Of a stretch of DNA of 64,000 nt, positions 9,099-18,754 are shown in pieces. A model generated the notes under the pieces. It worked only from the letters and a program-made list of their open reading frames with translations. It was not told the origin of the DNA and searched no databases. The position numbers and the translations under genes were made by a program. Positions within the stretch are counted from its first letter, which is position 1. Every line of letters begins with the position of its first letter. Origin of the DNA: a virus; IMG/VR virus record IMGVR_UViG_3300034012_002457, positions 4,542 to 68,541 of that record; one strand, 5' to 3'.

Positions 9099-9866
9099 CT
9101 ACGCTCCACGGTCCATAGAAATTGTTAAGGGCATTCCGCCTGGATAGTGGTCAAAGAAATACTGTTGCGTCTTCTGCACCATCAAGCCCGCTTGCATGGC
9201 CAATTCCCCTGCCGATAGGCTCACCACCTGCGCTTCTTGCCCTTTTTCTGTATCGGGGTCATAAATGGCGATGGCGCAATGCGCTTCGTTGATTTCAATG
9301 TCATACATCTGCTCAATGGCCTGCACATAAGCACCGAGCTGCATCCGATAGTCGGCTAGCTGTGTATCAGGCTTTTGTTTGTAGCTGGTCTTCCAATCGA
9401 GCAGCGCATAGTCGCCATTGTTCATCTTGGCGAGCATGTCAAACGTTCCTGAGTAGCCAATCTGCCTCGCATTGTCATACCAAGCAATGGCGCTTTCAAT
9501 GAGAAGAGGACTATCTACTTTCTCAAGGAACGATGAAATGGAAGTGAAATAGGGCACATAATTTGGATGGGAATCAAGATGGCAATTCACATCCTCTCCA
9601 TTCCATAGATCCTCTAAAACGCCATGCAACCAGTTGCCACGATCAACGGCATTACGAGTGCGGCGATTCGCCTCTTCATTGCCCACTTTTTTGCGCCAGT
9701 TCATGAGCGCCGCAATTTTGCCAGGGGGCGAACACGCGCTCGCAATAGTCGTCACAGAGGGCAAAACACACCCTCCGGGGACATTGGGAAAATCGTCGCA
9801 GAGATAGTATCTCCTTTTGTCTATCTGCAGCCGGTTGGGTTCGTATCGTGCGAGCTTGGGCATCAT
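9099..9866 (-). CDS. PD-(D/E)XK exonuclease (Cas4/lambda-exo-like)
   Basis: PSVTTI, RGNWLH, GYSGTFD, LLDWKTS, QLGAY. Confidence 0.88.
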   Translation of the reverse strand: MMPKLARYEPNRLQIDKRRYYLCDDFPNVPGGCVLPSVTTIASACSPPGKIAALMNWRKKVGNEEANRRTRNAVDRGNWLHGVLEDLWNGEDVNCHLDSHPNYVPYFTSISSFLEKVDSPLLIESAIAWYDNARQIGYSGTFDMLAKMNNGDYALLDWKTSYKQKPDTQLADYRMQLGAYVQAIEQMYDIEINEAHCAIAIYDPDTEKGQEAQVVSLSAGELAMQAGLMVQKTQQYFFDHYPGGMPLTISMDRGA

Positions 9867-9898
9867 GAGCCTGCTTAGACACAAATCGTAACAGGCCA

Positions 9899-10141
9899 TT
9901 AGTGGCTGCCATAGCTTTTTGTGCAATAATTTCCGTTTTTATACGTGCCCAACGGGCAAGTGGTATTTGGCACGGAATTGATGGACCACTTCCTTTCATT
10001 GCCTGCGCTAGGCGCACAATAGCCAGACAGTGAATAGTATCCCAGTGGACAAGTGTTGCCCACTTTTTGAATGGGAAAGGTTTGCGCCAATGTGGAAAAT
10101 GGCGAGCAAACAATGCAGTAAATAGTGAGAATGGTTTTCAT
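9899..10141 (-). CDS. Small secreted Cys-repeat protein
   Basis: Signal-like N-terminus; two TCPLGxY....YC repeats. Confidence 0.65.
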   Translation of the reverse strand: MKTILTIYCIVCSPFSTLAQTFPIQKVGNTCPLGYYSLSGYCAPSAGNERKWSINSVPNTTCPLGTYKNGNYCTKSYGSH

Positions 10142-10458
10142 TTTTCGTTTACATCCCAAAAGTAATCGCAGCCTTCTTCGGTGAATGGCGGCGTTTCGAT
10201 ATAGCTTTGCCAGCGACTAGCAGGCGCGATATAACGCCAACAATTTTCGCGGACAGGACATTCACCGCCTTGGCACATTGCAATGTCAGACATGAGGATT
10301 TTGCGTGAAATTTGAGCAAGATACTGCCTATCCACAAGAGGATCGTCAGCAAGAACTTTGAAAACAGCAGCAATGCGAAGATCGTTACTGAGGCCATCGT
10401 CAGGCCAATTCCAAAATGCCTCGTGGCATTTGTCAAGGAGGGCTTCATGATTCTTCAT
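10138..10458 (-). CDS. Hypothetical protein with Cys-rich C-terminus
   Basis: DIAMC.G.ECP.R.NC.RY...C.YFW. Confidence 0.6.
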   Translation of the reverse strand: MKNHEALLDKCHEAFWNWPDDGLSNDLRIAAVFKVLADDPLVDRQYLAQISRKILMSDIAMCQGGECPVRENCWRYIAPASRWQSYIETPPFTEEGCDYFWDVNEK

Positions 10459-10672
10459 GAACGATGGTTGATGGGCGAATACTTTCCATTTCTTCTAGAA
10501 CGGCAGCAAAACCATCAATAATGTTGCTGTCGCAAAAGCCAGCCCCACGGAGGAAGTGGGAAAAGTTTTCAATCACTTCACGACAAAAATTAGTGTCGGA
10601 AGTCATGGTTAAATGGAGATCGCCTTCGCGATAGCCATAAGTCCATTTTCCTATCGGGAAATCATGGTCCAT
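10445..10672 (-). CDS. Hypothetical protein
   Basis: ORF with F..FLRGAGF motif common in phage proteins. Confidence 0.6.
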   Translation of the reverse strand: MDHDFPIGKWTYGYREGDLHLTMTSDTNFCREVIENFSHFLRGAGFCDSNIIDGFAAVLEEMESIRPSTIVHEES

Positions 10673-10785
10673 AGCAAATAAACGAGGAGGGCAACGGTAA
10701 GGGCAATGAGAAAAACCAAAAGGAAAAGTCCTAATGGGTCATGAGCCAAATAAGGCGGAAGGAGATTCAGAAATGGGAAGTCCAT
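10651..10785 (-). CDS. Small membrane protein
   Basis: Manually read 44-aa ORF MDFPFLNLLPPYLAHDPLGLFLLVFLIALTVALLVYLLWTMISR. Confidence 0.5.
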   Translation of the reverse strand: MDFPFLNLLPPYLAHDPLGLFLLVFLIALTVALLVYLLWTMISR

Positions 10786-10842
10786 CGCTGTCTAAGCACA
10801 AGGATCCAGCAAAGGCCCGCGCAAGGCGGGCCGCTGCTAGGT

Positions 10843-11784
10843 CTATTGCTTTTTTGCGACGAACGCTGCCACTTTGGCTACCATCTCGTCCACTGTTGTG
10901 GCCGCAATGATGATGTCCAGCTCAGCTCGCATATCGGCCTTGGTAATGCGAATTTGCTGGTCTTTGGCCCAGAGGGTGACCATGGCAGAAACGACATTGC
11001 CGAAATGCTGCCAACTCTTAATTTCAGTGGCGCGGGTCATGCCGAGCGTATCGAGGGCCGCTTTACCGGCAGCAAGGCTACGCTGTTCATCTTGATAGCC
11101 CAACGGATTGGCCTTGCAGAAGCTGGTTAGAGCTTCTTTAGCATCGAAAGCGGAGGCAGAAGCTGCCTCTGTTCCAGTATCAGCAGCATCTGCTGCAACT
11201 GGCGCTTCCTTCTTGCTTCCCCGCGTTGCAGGCTTCGGAGTTTCCTGTTGGAGCGCGAGTTTGGTCGTTGCTTTTTCATCTTCCTTGGGGATGTCTTCGC
11301 CTGCATAAAGACGCAAACCGAGGCCAGTGAAGGTGGCAATGCACTTAACGGCAGCACGCTGGCAGTTGTCGCTGATGGCCCGACCATCAAGCTGCTGGAT
11401 GGCATTGTGCTTGCGGTCCATGACGGGGAAGATCAGCGCTGTAGTGCGCTTGATGCCGTCCGTCAAATAGGGGCGCAGGTAGTAGTAGCCGGGGCCGCCG
11501 AACACCACTTCGCCAATGGTCTTTTCTTCAAAGGCCACGAACAGCGTAGGAAAATGCTCCTTGAGGTAGCGGTAGGCAAATGGCCAGGACAGATAGGACA
11601 GGCCCTTGTAGTCCTTCTCGATGTGAGGGCCAATGTCGGGAGTGTCGTAAGCCTTCTTGAACTGGTCGGCAGTGATCTCAAGTGGGGCAAACACGCCGTT
11701 GTATCGGTCCATCATGGCCTGTTTGGAAAAATCGTCCATTTGGGAAAAATCGAAAGGGGAATGAACAGTGAAAGAAGAGGCCAT
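10843..11784 (-). CDS. Sak3/DUF1071 single-strand annealing protein
   Basis: GLSYLSWPFA, PVMDRKHNAI, QRAAVKCIA..GLGLRLYAGEDIP. Confidence 0.85.
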   Translation of the reverse strand: MASSFTVHSPFDFSQMDDFSKQAMMDRYNGVFAPLEITADQFKKAYDTPDIGPHIEKDYKGLSYLSWPFAYRYLKEHFPTLFVAFEEKTIGEVVFGGPGYYYLRPYLTDGIKRTTALIFPVMDRKHNAIQQLDGRAISDNCQRAAVKCIATFTGLGLRLYAGEDIPKEDEKATTKLALQQETPKPATRGSKKEAPVAADAADTGTEAASASAFDAKEALTSFCKANPLGYQDEQRSLAAGKAALDTLGMTRATEIKSWQHFGNVVSAMVTLWAKDQQIRITKADMRAELDIIIAATTVDEMVAKVAAFVAKKQ

Positions 11785-12047
11785 CAGGACGGATTGCGCT
11801 TGGAAGTGAGGCCATCTCCGTAAAACAGGACAAACTTTTGCTCTACTTCCTCATTAGGAAAGACCAGGGAGCAGCCAGGGAGGGGCCAGTCAGGCACTAC
11901 ACGGGCATCGTTCACGTCCTCTTCGTACTTGGGGTCGTAGCCCTCCTCAAAGCAGCCAATCTCCCAAATCAATTTGACTTCACCATCACCATGAGAAATC
12001 AAAAATTGCTCGGCAGCATTTTTAAGCTGAGAGACTTTCATCGTCAT
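11784..12047 (-). CDS. Hypothetical protein
   Basis: ORF coupled to neighbours. Confidence 0.55.
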   Translation of the reverse strand: MTMKVSQLKNAAEQFLISHGDGEVKLIWEIGCFEEGYDPKYEEDVNDARVVPDWPLPGCSLVFPNEEVEQKFVLFYGDGLTSKRNPS

Positions 12048-12363
12048 CCTCCAAAACAGACAAAAGGGAATCAGGAGAATCCTTGAGAGAAACAGCGTAA
12101 TCCTCGATCAAGGAAAATGCACCGTCAGCCAGTGTGGCACTGCCTTCCCAAACTGGCGTGGAACGTATTAGACGCTCCATCGTTTCGCTCAAGGACAGGC
12201 GGGCTTCGTGGGCAATGTTGGTGAGATGGAGGAAGGCAGTGTCAGTCATCGTGAAGTGACGACCCTTCTTCGCTTCGCCGTAGCCAGGAGGTTTTACGGG
12301 CAATGCAATCATGGCCAGTATGGACAACGTGGCCATGTTAGCCATAGTTGCCCAGGGCGTCAA
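12022..12363 (-). CDS. Ribbon-helix-helix (CopG-like) DNA-binding protein
   Basis: KKGRHFTMTDTAFLHL..IA.EARLSLSETMERLIR; first gene of the leftward operon, divergent from the primase. Confidence 0.65.
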   Translation of the reverse strand: MTPWATMANMATLSILAMIALPVKPPGYGEAKKGRHFTMTDTAFLHLTNIAHEARLSLSETMERLIRSTPVWEGSATLADGAFSLIEDYAVSLKDSPDSLLSVLEDDDESLSA

Positions 12364-12454
12364 CCATGGGCTTTGTGAAGCTCGCCTTAAGAAACGGCAG
12401 GGGCCTGACAGGCCGGCTTTTTCCTGCTAGAAACGCCCTATCTCTTGCTACGCC

Positions 12455-14431
12455 ATGGCATTTTCTATTCTGGAGCACCTCGGCAAACTGGAGCCCAGCG
12501 ATCACGCAGGCAAATATATCTGCCCAGCATGCGAAGGCAACGACTTTTCCGTTAACGAAGAAACCGGCGCATACAACTGTTTCAACGACACTTCCGCAAA
12601 GCATCGCGCTGAAATTCGCAATGCATTGGCACCATTGGAACGATGGGAACGTCCGCAGCGCCCCTATCAAAGATATACTTTCTCCTACGCAAACCGTGAT
12701 GGGGAAACGGTTCTGGAGGTGGTGCGCGACGATTCGTCGGGCAAGAAAAGCATTCGCCAGCAATATCCAACCATTCCTTCCAGCGTACAAAAACGCAAGA
12801 AAGTAATTGACGAAATTAGAACAAACATACTGCCCTATCGTTATCAAGAAGCCATTGATTTTTCCAAGGCAAATAGTTTGCCAATCTTTGTCGTTGAAGG
12901 CGAATTATGTTGTGACAGACTTTGGGAAGTTGGGCTTCCTGCTGTTACTTTTCTTGGAGGCAGTGGGCAATATCGAAGCAACGGTGACTATTCTTTACTA
13001 TTTCGCCAGCACCAATTAGTTCTCTGTCCAGACCGTGATGAGCCTGGCGTGGCTCTCATGCGTGAAGTGGCGGCTGATAACCCTGGCTCACAGTGGCTCT
13101 ATGCGGAGCCGGACAGTTTTGAATGGGAAAGCCTGCCACAAAACGGCGGCTATGACATGGCCGATTGGTTGGATGACGGTGCCGACCAAGAACTGATTCT
13201 TGCCTCCATCGTCTTTAAAGACCGGCACGAGGGCCGCGACGGGCGGCCCTCTTTTGAGGAGATTATCGCCACATTTGAACGCATGGTTGGCCTTTACAAC
13301 AACGATGCGAGAGTAATTTTTGAAGCGAGAGAGTGGCTAACGCTTCATGAAGTGAAGATGCCAGCCACGGAAGTGGAGAAGCTCCTGGCTGAAGCAAGAT
13401 CCCGCGTGCATGGCCGTGAGGAGATGGAAGTGATGGACGCTAAAACCATCGCCATGTCTGAAGATTCTCGCGCTTGGACCATTGCAGGCATCCTGCCGGA
13501 GAGCAGCGTCATGCTGCTGGCTGCAGCGCCTGGTAGCGGCAAGAGCACGCTTCTATACAACTGGGCATTGCACGTTGCCACTGGCTCTCCATGGAGTCGT
13601 CGCCGTTGCAAGAAAGGCAAATCTCTCATCATTCAATGCGACGAGCCAGTGGTCGATGCTGCAGAAAAAATGCAAATTATTGGCTACGACGACAACGAGA
13701 ATTTAGATAAGGGCGACATTGGCTTTATTGACCGCTGGCGCTTCAATAACATCCCTCAGCTTTTGTCTTATATCAAAAAGCATCGCCCGCAGCTCATCAT
13801 GATTGACAGTCTCACCTCCTGCCTTGCTGGCATGGACGTGGATTTGATTCGCTCTGACGCTGGTAATTGCATTTACGAACTCCGTGACATTGCCAATGAA
13901 TATGAATGCAGCATTGTCATCCTTCACCACTTAAACAAAAGTGGTGGCATTCGTGACAGTTCCAGCTTTGAGGCCAACGTTAGTGAAGTGGTGAAGCTTT
14001 ACCGGCAGGACAATAACTACGACACAACTCAGTTCATCTTTGAATGGACAAAGAGTCGTAGTGGCCTAGCTGGCAAGCATTTCCTGCGGCGAGATCCGGC
14101 CACGTATGGTTGGTTCTATGAAGGGCCAGTCAATGGCGGCAGGGATGATCTTGATCGTTTGGTGCAGGCCGTTGACACGCAGAACACGCGACGGTTTGAC
14201 CGCATGGCATTGTCCCGGCACGTGAGCAGCTTTGACAGCAATTTGGCTGGCCGCCTTGCTGAACAGGCCCGCCGTCAAGGGCTGTTAACTAGCAGCTTCA
14301 ATGTGGGCCCGAATGGTGAGCGTACTCGCCTCTACCAATCGTGGAACTACAAAGAAGAGGATTTCACTGTTTCCGCTGCCGCTGCCGCTGTTCCTGAACC
14401 TGTCGTTGAAGACGACGATATCTGGTTTTAG
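12455..14431 (+). CDS. DNA primase-helicase (Zn finger + TOPRIM + RecA-like AAA_25 helicase)
   Basis: CPAC...YNCF; VVEGE..CD, CPDRDEPG; Walker A AAPGSGKST, IMIDS, ILHHLNK. Confidence 0.9.
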   Translation: MAFSILEHLGKLEPSDHAGKYICPACEGNDFSVNEETGAYNCFNDTSAKHRAEIRNALAPLERWERPQRPYQRYTFSYANRDGETVLEVVRDDSSGKKSIRQQYPTIPSSVQKRKKVIDEIRTNILPYRYQEAIDFSKANSLPIFVVEGELCCDRLWEVGLPAVTFLGGSGQYRSNGDYSLLFRQHQLVLCPDRDEPGVALMREVAADNPGSQWLYAEPDSFEWESLPQNGGYDMADWLDDGADQELILASIVFKDRHEGRDGRPSFEEIIATFERMVGLYNNDARVIFEAREWLTLHEVKMPATEVEKLLAEARSRVHGREEMEVMDAKTIAMSEDSRAWTIAGILPESSVMLLAAAPGSGKSTLLYNWALHVATGSPWSRRRCKKGKSLIIQCDEPVVDAAEKMQIIGYDDNENLDKGDIGFIDRWRFNNIPQLLSYIKKHRPQLIMIDSLTSCLAGMDVDLIRSDAGNCIYELRDIANEYECSIVILHHLNKSGGIRDSSSFEANVSEVVKLYRQDNNYDTTQFIFEWTKSRSGLAGKHFLRRDPATYGWFYEGPVNGGRDDLDRLVQAVDTQNTRRFDRMALSRHVSSFDSNLAGRLAEQARRQGLLTSSFNVGPNGERTRLYQSWNYKEEDFTVSAAAAAVPEPVVEDDDIWF

Positions 14432-14455
14432 AATTGACCAAATTTCACGAAAACC

Positions 14456-15202
14456 GTGCAAAGCATTGCCGTTTGGTTTTCTTGCGGAGCGGCTAGCGCT
14501 GTTGCTGCTTATAAAACCCTTGAGAAATACAAAAATTCTCACCATGTGCGAATTATCAATAATCCCGTAGCAGAAGAGGATCCAGACAATCATCGCTTTC
14601 TTCTTGATGTAGAGGAATGGTTGGGCTACAAAATTGAGTTTGCTAAAAATTCAAAATATCCCTCGTGCTCGTGCGTTGAAGTGTGGTCTGATCGCAAATT
14701 TATGAGCGGACCAATGGGGGCCCCTTGCACAATGGAACTAAAAAAAAGAGCTAGACAGCAATGGGAAAAAGACAATCATATGGATTGGCATGTACTTGGA
14801 TTTACATACGATGAAAAAAATAGGCACGAGCGTTTTGTTGCAACAGAACGCAATAATGTAATCCCCGTGCTTATTGACGAAAAAATTACAAAAAAAGAAT
14901 GCTTTGAAATAATTGCTGCTGCTGGCATTGCCTTGCCTTCCGCTTATCTACGAGGCTATCCCAATGCCAATTGCATTGGTTGTGTTAAGGCAACTTCTGC
15001 CACTTATTGGAATCACGTTAGACAGCAAGATCCAGCGGTTTTTGAAGCGAGAGCAAAGCAGTCCAGGGATATCGGCTGCAAACTTGTTCGATGGAAAGGG
15101 AAGAGAATATTCTTGGATGAATTGCCAGAAAATGCAAAAGGAAGGAAAATGAAAAATATGAATTTTGAGTGTGGAATATTTTGCGAAGAACGCTTGCTCT
15201 AG
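14456..15202 (+). CDS. PAPS reductase/PP-loop family protein
   Basis: VWFSCGAASA, CTMELKK, GFTYDE..R, YPNANCIGCVK, C-terminal ECGIFCE; GTG start; AT-richer than neighbours. Confidence 0.75.
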   Translation: MQSIAVWFSCGAASAVAAYKTLEKYKNSHHVRIINNPVAEEDPDNHRFLLDVEEWLGYKIEFAKNSKYPSCSCVEVWSDRKFMSGPMGAPCTMELKKRARQQWEKDNHMDWHVLGFTYDEKNRHERFVATERNNVIPVLIDEKITKKECFEIIAAAGIALPSAYLRGYPNANCIGCVKATSATYWNHVRQQDPAVFEARAKQSRDIGCKLVRWKGKRIFLDELPENAKGRKMKNMNFECGIFCEERLL

Positions 15203-15212
15203 TCAATAGTGA

Positions 15213-15237
15213 GGGAGGCTCTGTAACCAGCCTCCCC
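15213..15237 (+). terminator. Hairpin, possible terminator
   Basis: gggaggct..agcctccc inverted repeat after the stop; weak U tract. Confidence 0.4.
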
Positions 15238-15291
15238 GCCGTCTACCGCAGCGGACGACTTATTAGATTGTAAGAAATATTTGTCATTGCC

Positions 15292-15450
15292 ATGAAGATT
15301 ATTTGGAACGATGAGCCAACGGCGCCTGAAGCGCCGTTTTTTGCTGCACCTCAAGCGGAAGAAGAACTAGAGCCTCTCGATGAAGAGGAAGAGGAGGAAG
15401 AGGAGGATTCGCCAGCGTGCTCCTGGCGGGGACAGGGCTTTGGCTCTTGA
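15292..15450 (+). CDS. Small highly acidic protein
   Basis: Manually read 52-aa ORF MKIIWNDEPTAPEAPFFAAPQAEEELEPLDEEEEEEEEDSPACSWRGQGFGS. Confidence 0.55.
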   Translation: MKIIWNDEPTAPEAPFFAAPQAEEELEPLDEEEEEEEEDSPACSWRGQGFGS

Positions 15451-15770
15451 GCGTGTGCCATTCTGAGCACTGGCACAATTGCGCTTGGCCGGTGTGCTTA
15501 TAGTGGTTCCGGAAAGTCCCGCGAGTAACCACTCATCAAAGCGAGCCTTTCCAGCCTTGCTGGCCTTCCAGGCGGAGCGTAGCCCCCAAGGGCGGAGCGC
15601 TCCAGATCTAGGCCAAGACTCCCTAAAAACAACGGGCTAGATAAGGCCATAAACCTCCGCTAGGCCGTTCAAGACATAGTGGAGCCCCCAAGGGCGGAAC
15701 GTGCAGGACAAAGGCCAAAGAAGCCTTCAAACAAAAATCCTGCTACTAGCATTGCAACGATTAATTTCAA
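15451..15770. other. Non-coding region, candidate replication origin
   Basis: Downstream of the primase; 16-bp direct repeat agcccccaagggcgga (15581, 15683); GCGGAGC and GCGTAGC mini-hairpins. Confidence 0.45.
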
Positions 15771-15773
15771 ACA

Positions 15774-16007
15774 ATGCTTAACGCTCCGCGCTCCGTTGAC
15801 CACTTGCCCTTGCTTGTGCATAACGGAGTGGAAATTCAGCCAATTATTCATTACGGCTTTTCATCGCCTAATAAAGGGCCACGTCCAGCTTCTCGCACTC
15901 TCTATGGAGCACGCGATAACAATGGAGAGCGCCATTGGCGCTCTAGTCTTGATGAAATTCAACAATTAATAGATAAAGGCTTTGCTATTGACAATGCTGA
16001 GCAATGA
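15774..16007 (+). CDS. Hypothetical protein
   Basis: ORF. Confidence 0.6.
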   Translation: MLNAPRSVDHLPLLVHNGVEIQPIIHYGFSSPNKGPRPASRTLYGARDNNGERHWRSSLDEIQQLIDKGFAIDNAEQ

Positions 16008-16162
16008 CCAAGCTTTCTGCTGATGAAATTAATCGTCTCATTGACGAAAAAATTCGCCAGCACGAAATTAGAGTGGCTCTGACAAGCGGCGCTATTGGCG
16101 CCGCTCTTTTTCTAGGCATCTTTCATGCCATTGGTTTATTGAATCATGACCTTCGCCCCTGA
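16004..16162 (+). CDS. Small membrane protein
   Basis: Manually read MTKLSADEINRLIDEKIRQHEIRVALTSGAIGAALFLGIFHAIGLLNHDLRP; ATGA overlap with the upstream gene. Confidence 0.6.
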   Translation: MTKLSADEINRLIDEKIRQHEIRVALTSGAIGAALFLGIFHAIGLLNHDLRP

Positions 16163-16328
16163 ATTTCCGGCATCCCAAGAGTTGTCTGATAATGAATGGC
16201 AAGAGCTTTGCAAATTGAAAGCTGCCATTGATGAAGCTCCGGCCACTGTCGTGGCCTCGCAAATGGAACGTTTCACTGAGCTATTCGTGCGTACTCTCCA
16301 TGGAAAGGGAGATACAATGCATGGATGA
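16146..16328 (+). CDS. Hypothetical protein
   Basis: ORF. Confidence 0.6.
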   Translation: MTFAPEFPASQELSDNEWQELCKLKAAIDEAPATVVASQMERFTELFVRTLHGKGDTMHG

Positions 16329-16340
16329 ATAGAAAAGCGT

Positions 16341-17090
16341 ATGGCACGGCCTGAGATTACGTTTGGCAGTCCAGAAGAGGAGCTTGAATATGCTTCCAAT
16401 GCATTGAAGAAAGCTGGTATTTCTGAAAGCCAGTTTGAAGCAGTTCGTGACACGCAAGTGCATGGTGGTACTGGTGCAGCAGGCTATAGCAAAGATATGC
16501 TTGGCCTTAGGCGATGGATGGTGCAAGAATTATTGGCGGCGTCAATGAGCAATCGCCAGATTGCGAATGTTCTGAAGCTAAGTAAAGAAACAGTCAATGG
16601 TGATAGGAAGTTTAATCGCCTGCTTTATACAGAAGAAATTTTGAAGAATCAAGACGTGCATCGCGCACGTCTTCTCAAGGAGCAGATGGACCTCAAGGAC
16701 ATGGCTCTGCAAAGTTTTGAGAATAGTAAAAAGAAACGAATTATTACAATGTCCGACAATAATGGGCAAAGTAATGAAACCGTCCGGCTTGAAGAAACGG
16801 CTGGCGATTCAGCATTTCTGACCGTGGCAAAGAACAGTCTTGTGGAGCAGGCCAAGTTATTGGGCCTCCACGAGGCCCGGCCAGTGGAGCAGCAAGATAC
16901 CAGCTATAGAAAGTTCCTTCAGGATTTGTCCACAACCATTCAAAAAGAAAAAGAATCTAAAGCTACAGAAGAACGTCGCGAGAATGCGCTACCAGCCAGC
17001 GCCGAAGCCATTAGCTTCGATCCATCGCCAGAAAACGAACAGTGGCCCGAGACGGTGCCTTTACAAACAATTAATGAAGACGACTATTGA
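16341..17090 (+). CDS. HTH protein, probable terminase small subunit
   Basis: MSNRQIANVLKLSKETVNGD HTH followed by a helical region and GD.AFL...EQAKLLGL, a terS-like pattern. Confidence 0.55.
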   Translation: MARPEITFGSPEEELEYASNALKKAGISESQFEAVRDTQVHGGTGAAGYSKDMLGLRRWMVQELLAASMSNRQIANVLKLSKETVNGDRKFNRLLYTEEILKNQDVHRARLLKEQMDLKDMALQSFENSKKKRIITMSDNNGQSNETVRLEETAGDSAFLTVAKNSLVEQAKLLGLHEARPVEQQDTSYRKFLQDLSTTIQKEKESKATEERRENALPASAEAISFDPSPENEQWPETVPLQTINEDDY

Positions 17091-17135
17091 CAGGCATGGC
17101 TAGCCTGTGCATACTGCCATGGTTGCCAGTCTCTT

Positions 17136-17561
17136 TTGGACTCTTCTTTCTCCACCGTCAACGACTTCTTGCGCCAGGCAGCCGATGCCAAAGCCAGCAA
17201 GAAGGAGGCTATCGCCTCCTCTATTTCCCCTCATCTGCAAGATCCGGGCACTGTTGGCGTGCCTCCTAAGTTTTCCAAGGCCATTGACTATCTCGTGGGC
17301 AACTATGGCGATGAAGCCTACCGGCAAATTGCCTTGTTCGCCCTTGGTAAGTGGTTTGAAACCCACACTGAAGCAGCGGAAGACTTCTTCGGAACTGGCC
17401 AGCTTCCTGAAGCCTGCGCTTGCCTGATGGATGCCACGCGCATCAGCGACAGTCTGCATCTCGTTTGTGAAGTGGGCAGTCTTGGCGGCAGTGAGGAATG
17501 GAAGGAAATGCTGGAGAAGGAAATCAGCCAGGCCATTTTGGAAGACATTGAAGAGCGATGA
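17136..17561 (+). CDS. Hypothetical protein
   Basis: ORF downstream of a TTGACA...CATACT promoter at 17087. Confidence 0.65.
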   Translation: MDSSFSTVNDFLRQAADAKASKKEAIASSISPHLQDPGTVGVPPKFSKAIDYLVGNYGDEAYRQIALFALGKWFETHTEAAEDFFGTGQLPEACACLMDATRISDSLHLVCEVGSLGGSEEWKEMLEKEISQAILEDIEER

Positions 17562-17722
17562 ACGTCTGTCGCACTTTCCTTATCACCACTGCTGACGGCC
17601 AGCGCATTGCTTTAGGAGCCATATCTCCTAAACAGGCAGAGCATTTTTTGGCCGTGCTTCGGCCTGATTTGAAGGTGGCATTGGTGGAAGAAATTAAGCC
17701 GTTGCCTGAGCCTGAACCGTGA
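17558..17722 (+). CDS. Hypothetical protein
   Basis: Manually read 54-aa ORF with 4-bp overlaps on both sides. Confidence 0.55.
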   Translation: MNVCRTFLITTADGQRIALGAISPKQAEHFLAVLRPDLKVALVEEIKPLPEPEP

Positions 17723-17928
17723 AGCATCTTGTTTTCATCGAGCCCAACTACATTGTTTGTGCTTGGCACCTTAATGAATTCAGTGGAAGCTTTCGCTTGG
17801 GCAAGTTCCTTTTGGCCTGGCGCAATGCTTTACCTCCAGGCTCAGTCATTTATGGCGACACTCATTTGTATGACAGCTTTGGTGAGTTCGTCTTACAATT
17901 TGATCGTTTTCAGCTCCATCTGTATTGA
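17719..17928 (+). CDS. Hypothetical protein
   Basis: GTGA-coupled ORF. Confidence 0.5.
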   Translation: MKHLVFIEPNYIVCAWHLNEFSGSFRLGKFLLAWRNALPPGSVIYGDTHLYDSFGEFVLQFDRFQLHLY

Positions 17929-17931
17929 ACA

Positions 17932-18333
17932 ATGGACGGGCAATTGACGCTCCTGGCGGAGCTTGTTCCAACAGTGCATATTTGCATTCCTCCTGAACTT
18001 GAGGAAGATGCCAAGGCATTGGCTGCAGAGAATCCTCCCATCCATCCTGCATGGGCTAAGGCCAAGCGTCGCGGGAGGCATTTTGTCATCAGCACCAACA
18101 ATCTCGATGACATTTCGGAGATTGCAGACTTTGCTCGCTGCTGCATCGAAGAACCGGCTGCTCCCCTAACGAAGGCCAAGCGACAGGCTCTGCAGATCCT
18201 GCTGGATAGGGCCTATCGGCATGCTGAACTGGAGCCGATGGGGCATTGCCATTGCATGGCCGTTAAGTGGCGGGAGAAGCCGCTGAGCACAGGAGTTGTG
18301 GCTAAGCACTTGCGCGGCAATAAGAAACGCTAA
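17932..18333 (+). CDS. Hypothetical protein
   Basis: ORF. Confidence 0.6.
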   Translation: MDGQLTLLAELVPTVHICIPPELEEDAKALAAENPPIHPAWAKAKRRGRHFVISTNNLDDISEIADFARCCIEEPAAPLTKAKRQALQILLDRAYRHAELEPMGHCHCMAVKWREKPLSTGVVAKHLRGNKKR

Positions 18334-18413
18334 TCATTGCAAGGCTTGACGAGGGAATGGCTGGCCTGTAAATTGCCAGCAAGCAAGACCGATCTTGCCT
18401 CGCGTTTGAAACC

Positions 18414-18749
18414 ATGACCTCTGCACAACTTTCCAGGCTGTTGCCTGATAACGGCATCAGCGCTTTCAATGCACAAGGCGAAATGGTAATGAGCCTCGGC
18501 AAGCCCGTTGTTCAAGCCTATTTCTCCATGGATGAACTGCAAGAGTTTGTTTGCACGCTGGAGAAAGCCATTGAAGATGAGCCTAGCTTTGCTCAACGCA
18601 TGGGCTTGCAGCGCATCCTTTGTCATTTTCTCGTGAGCCTCGACATGATTCAACGCAATCATGAAGAATTCTTGCAACAGGCCCCTTCAGGCGCTGATCT
18701 TGAAGAATATATGATGAGCTACTCTAAAGCCGTTAAAGGAACCTTCTGA
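18414..18749 (+). CDS. Hypothetical protein
   Basis: ORF after a TTGACG-N17-TAAATT promoter; aaaccATG context. Confidence 0.65.
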   Translation: MTSAQLSRLLPDNGISAFNAQGEMVMSLGKPVVQAYFSMDELQEFVCTLEKAIEDEPSFAQRMGLQRILCHFLVSLDMIQRNHEEFLQQAPSGADLEEYMMSYSKAVKGTF

Positions 18750-18754
18750 CGATC

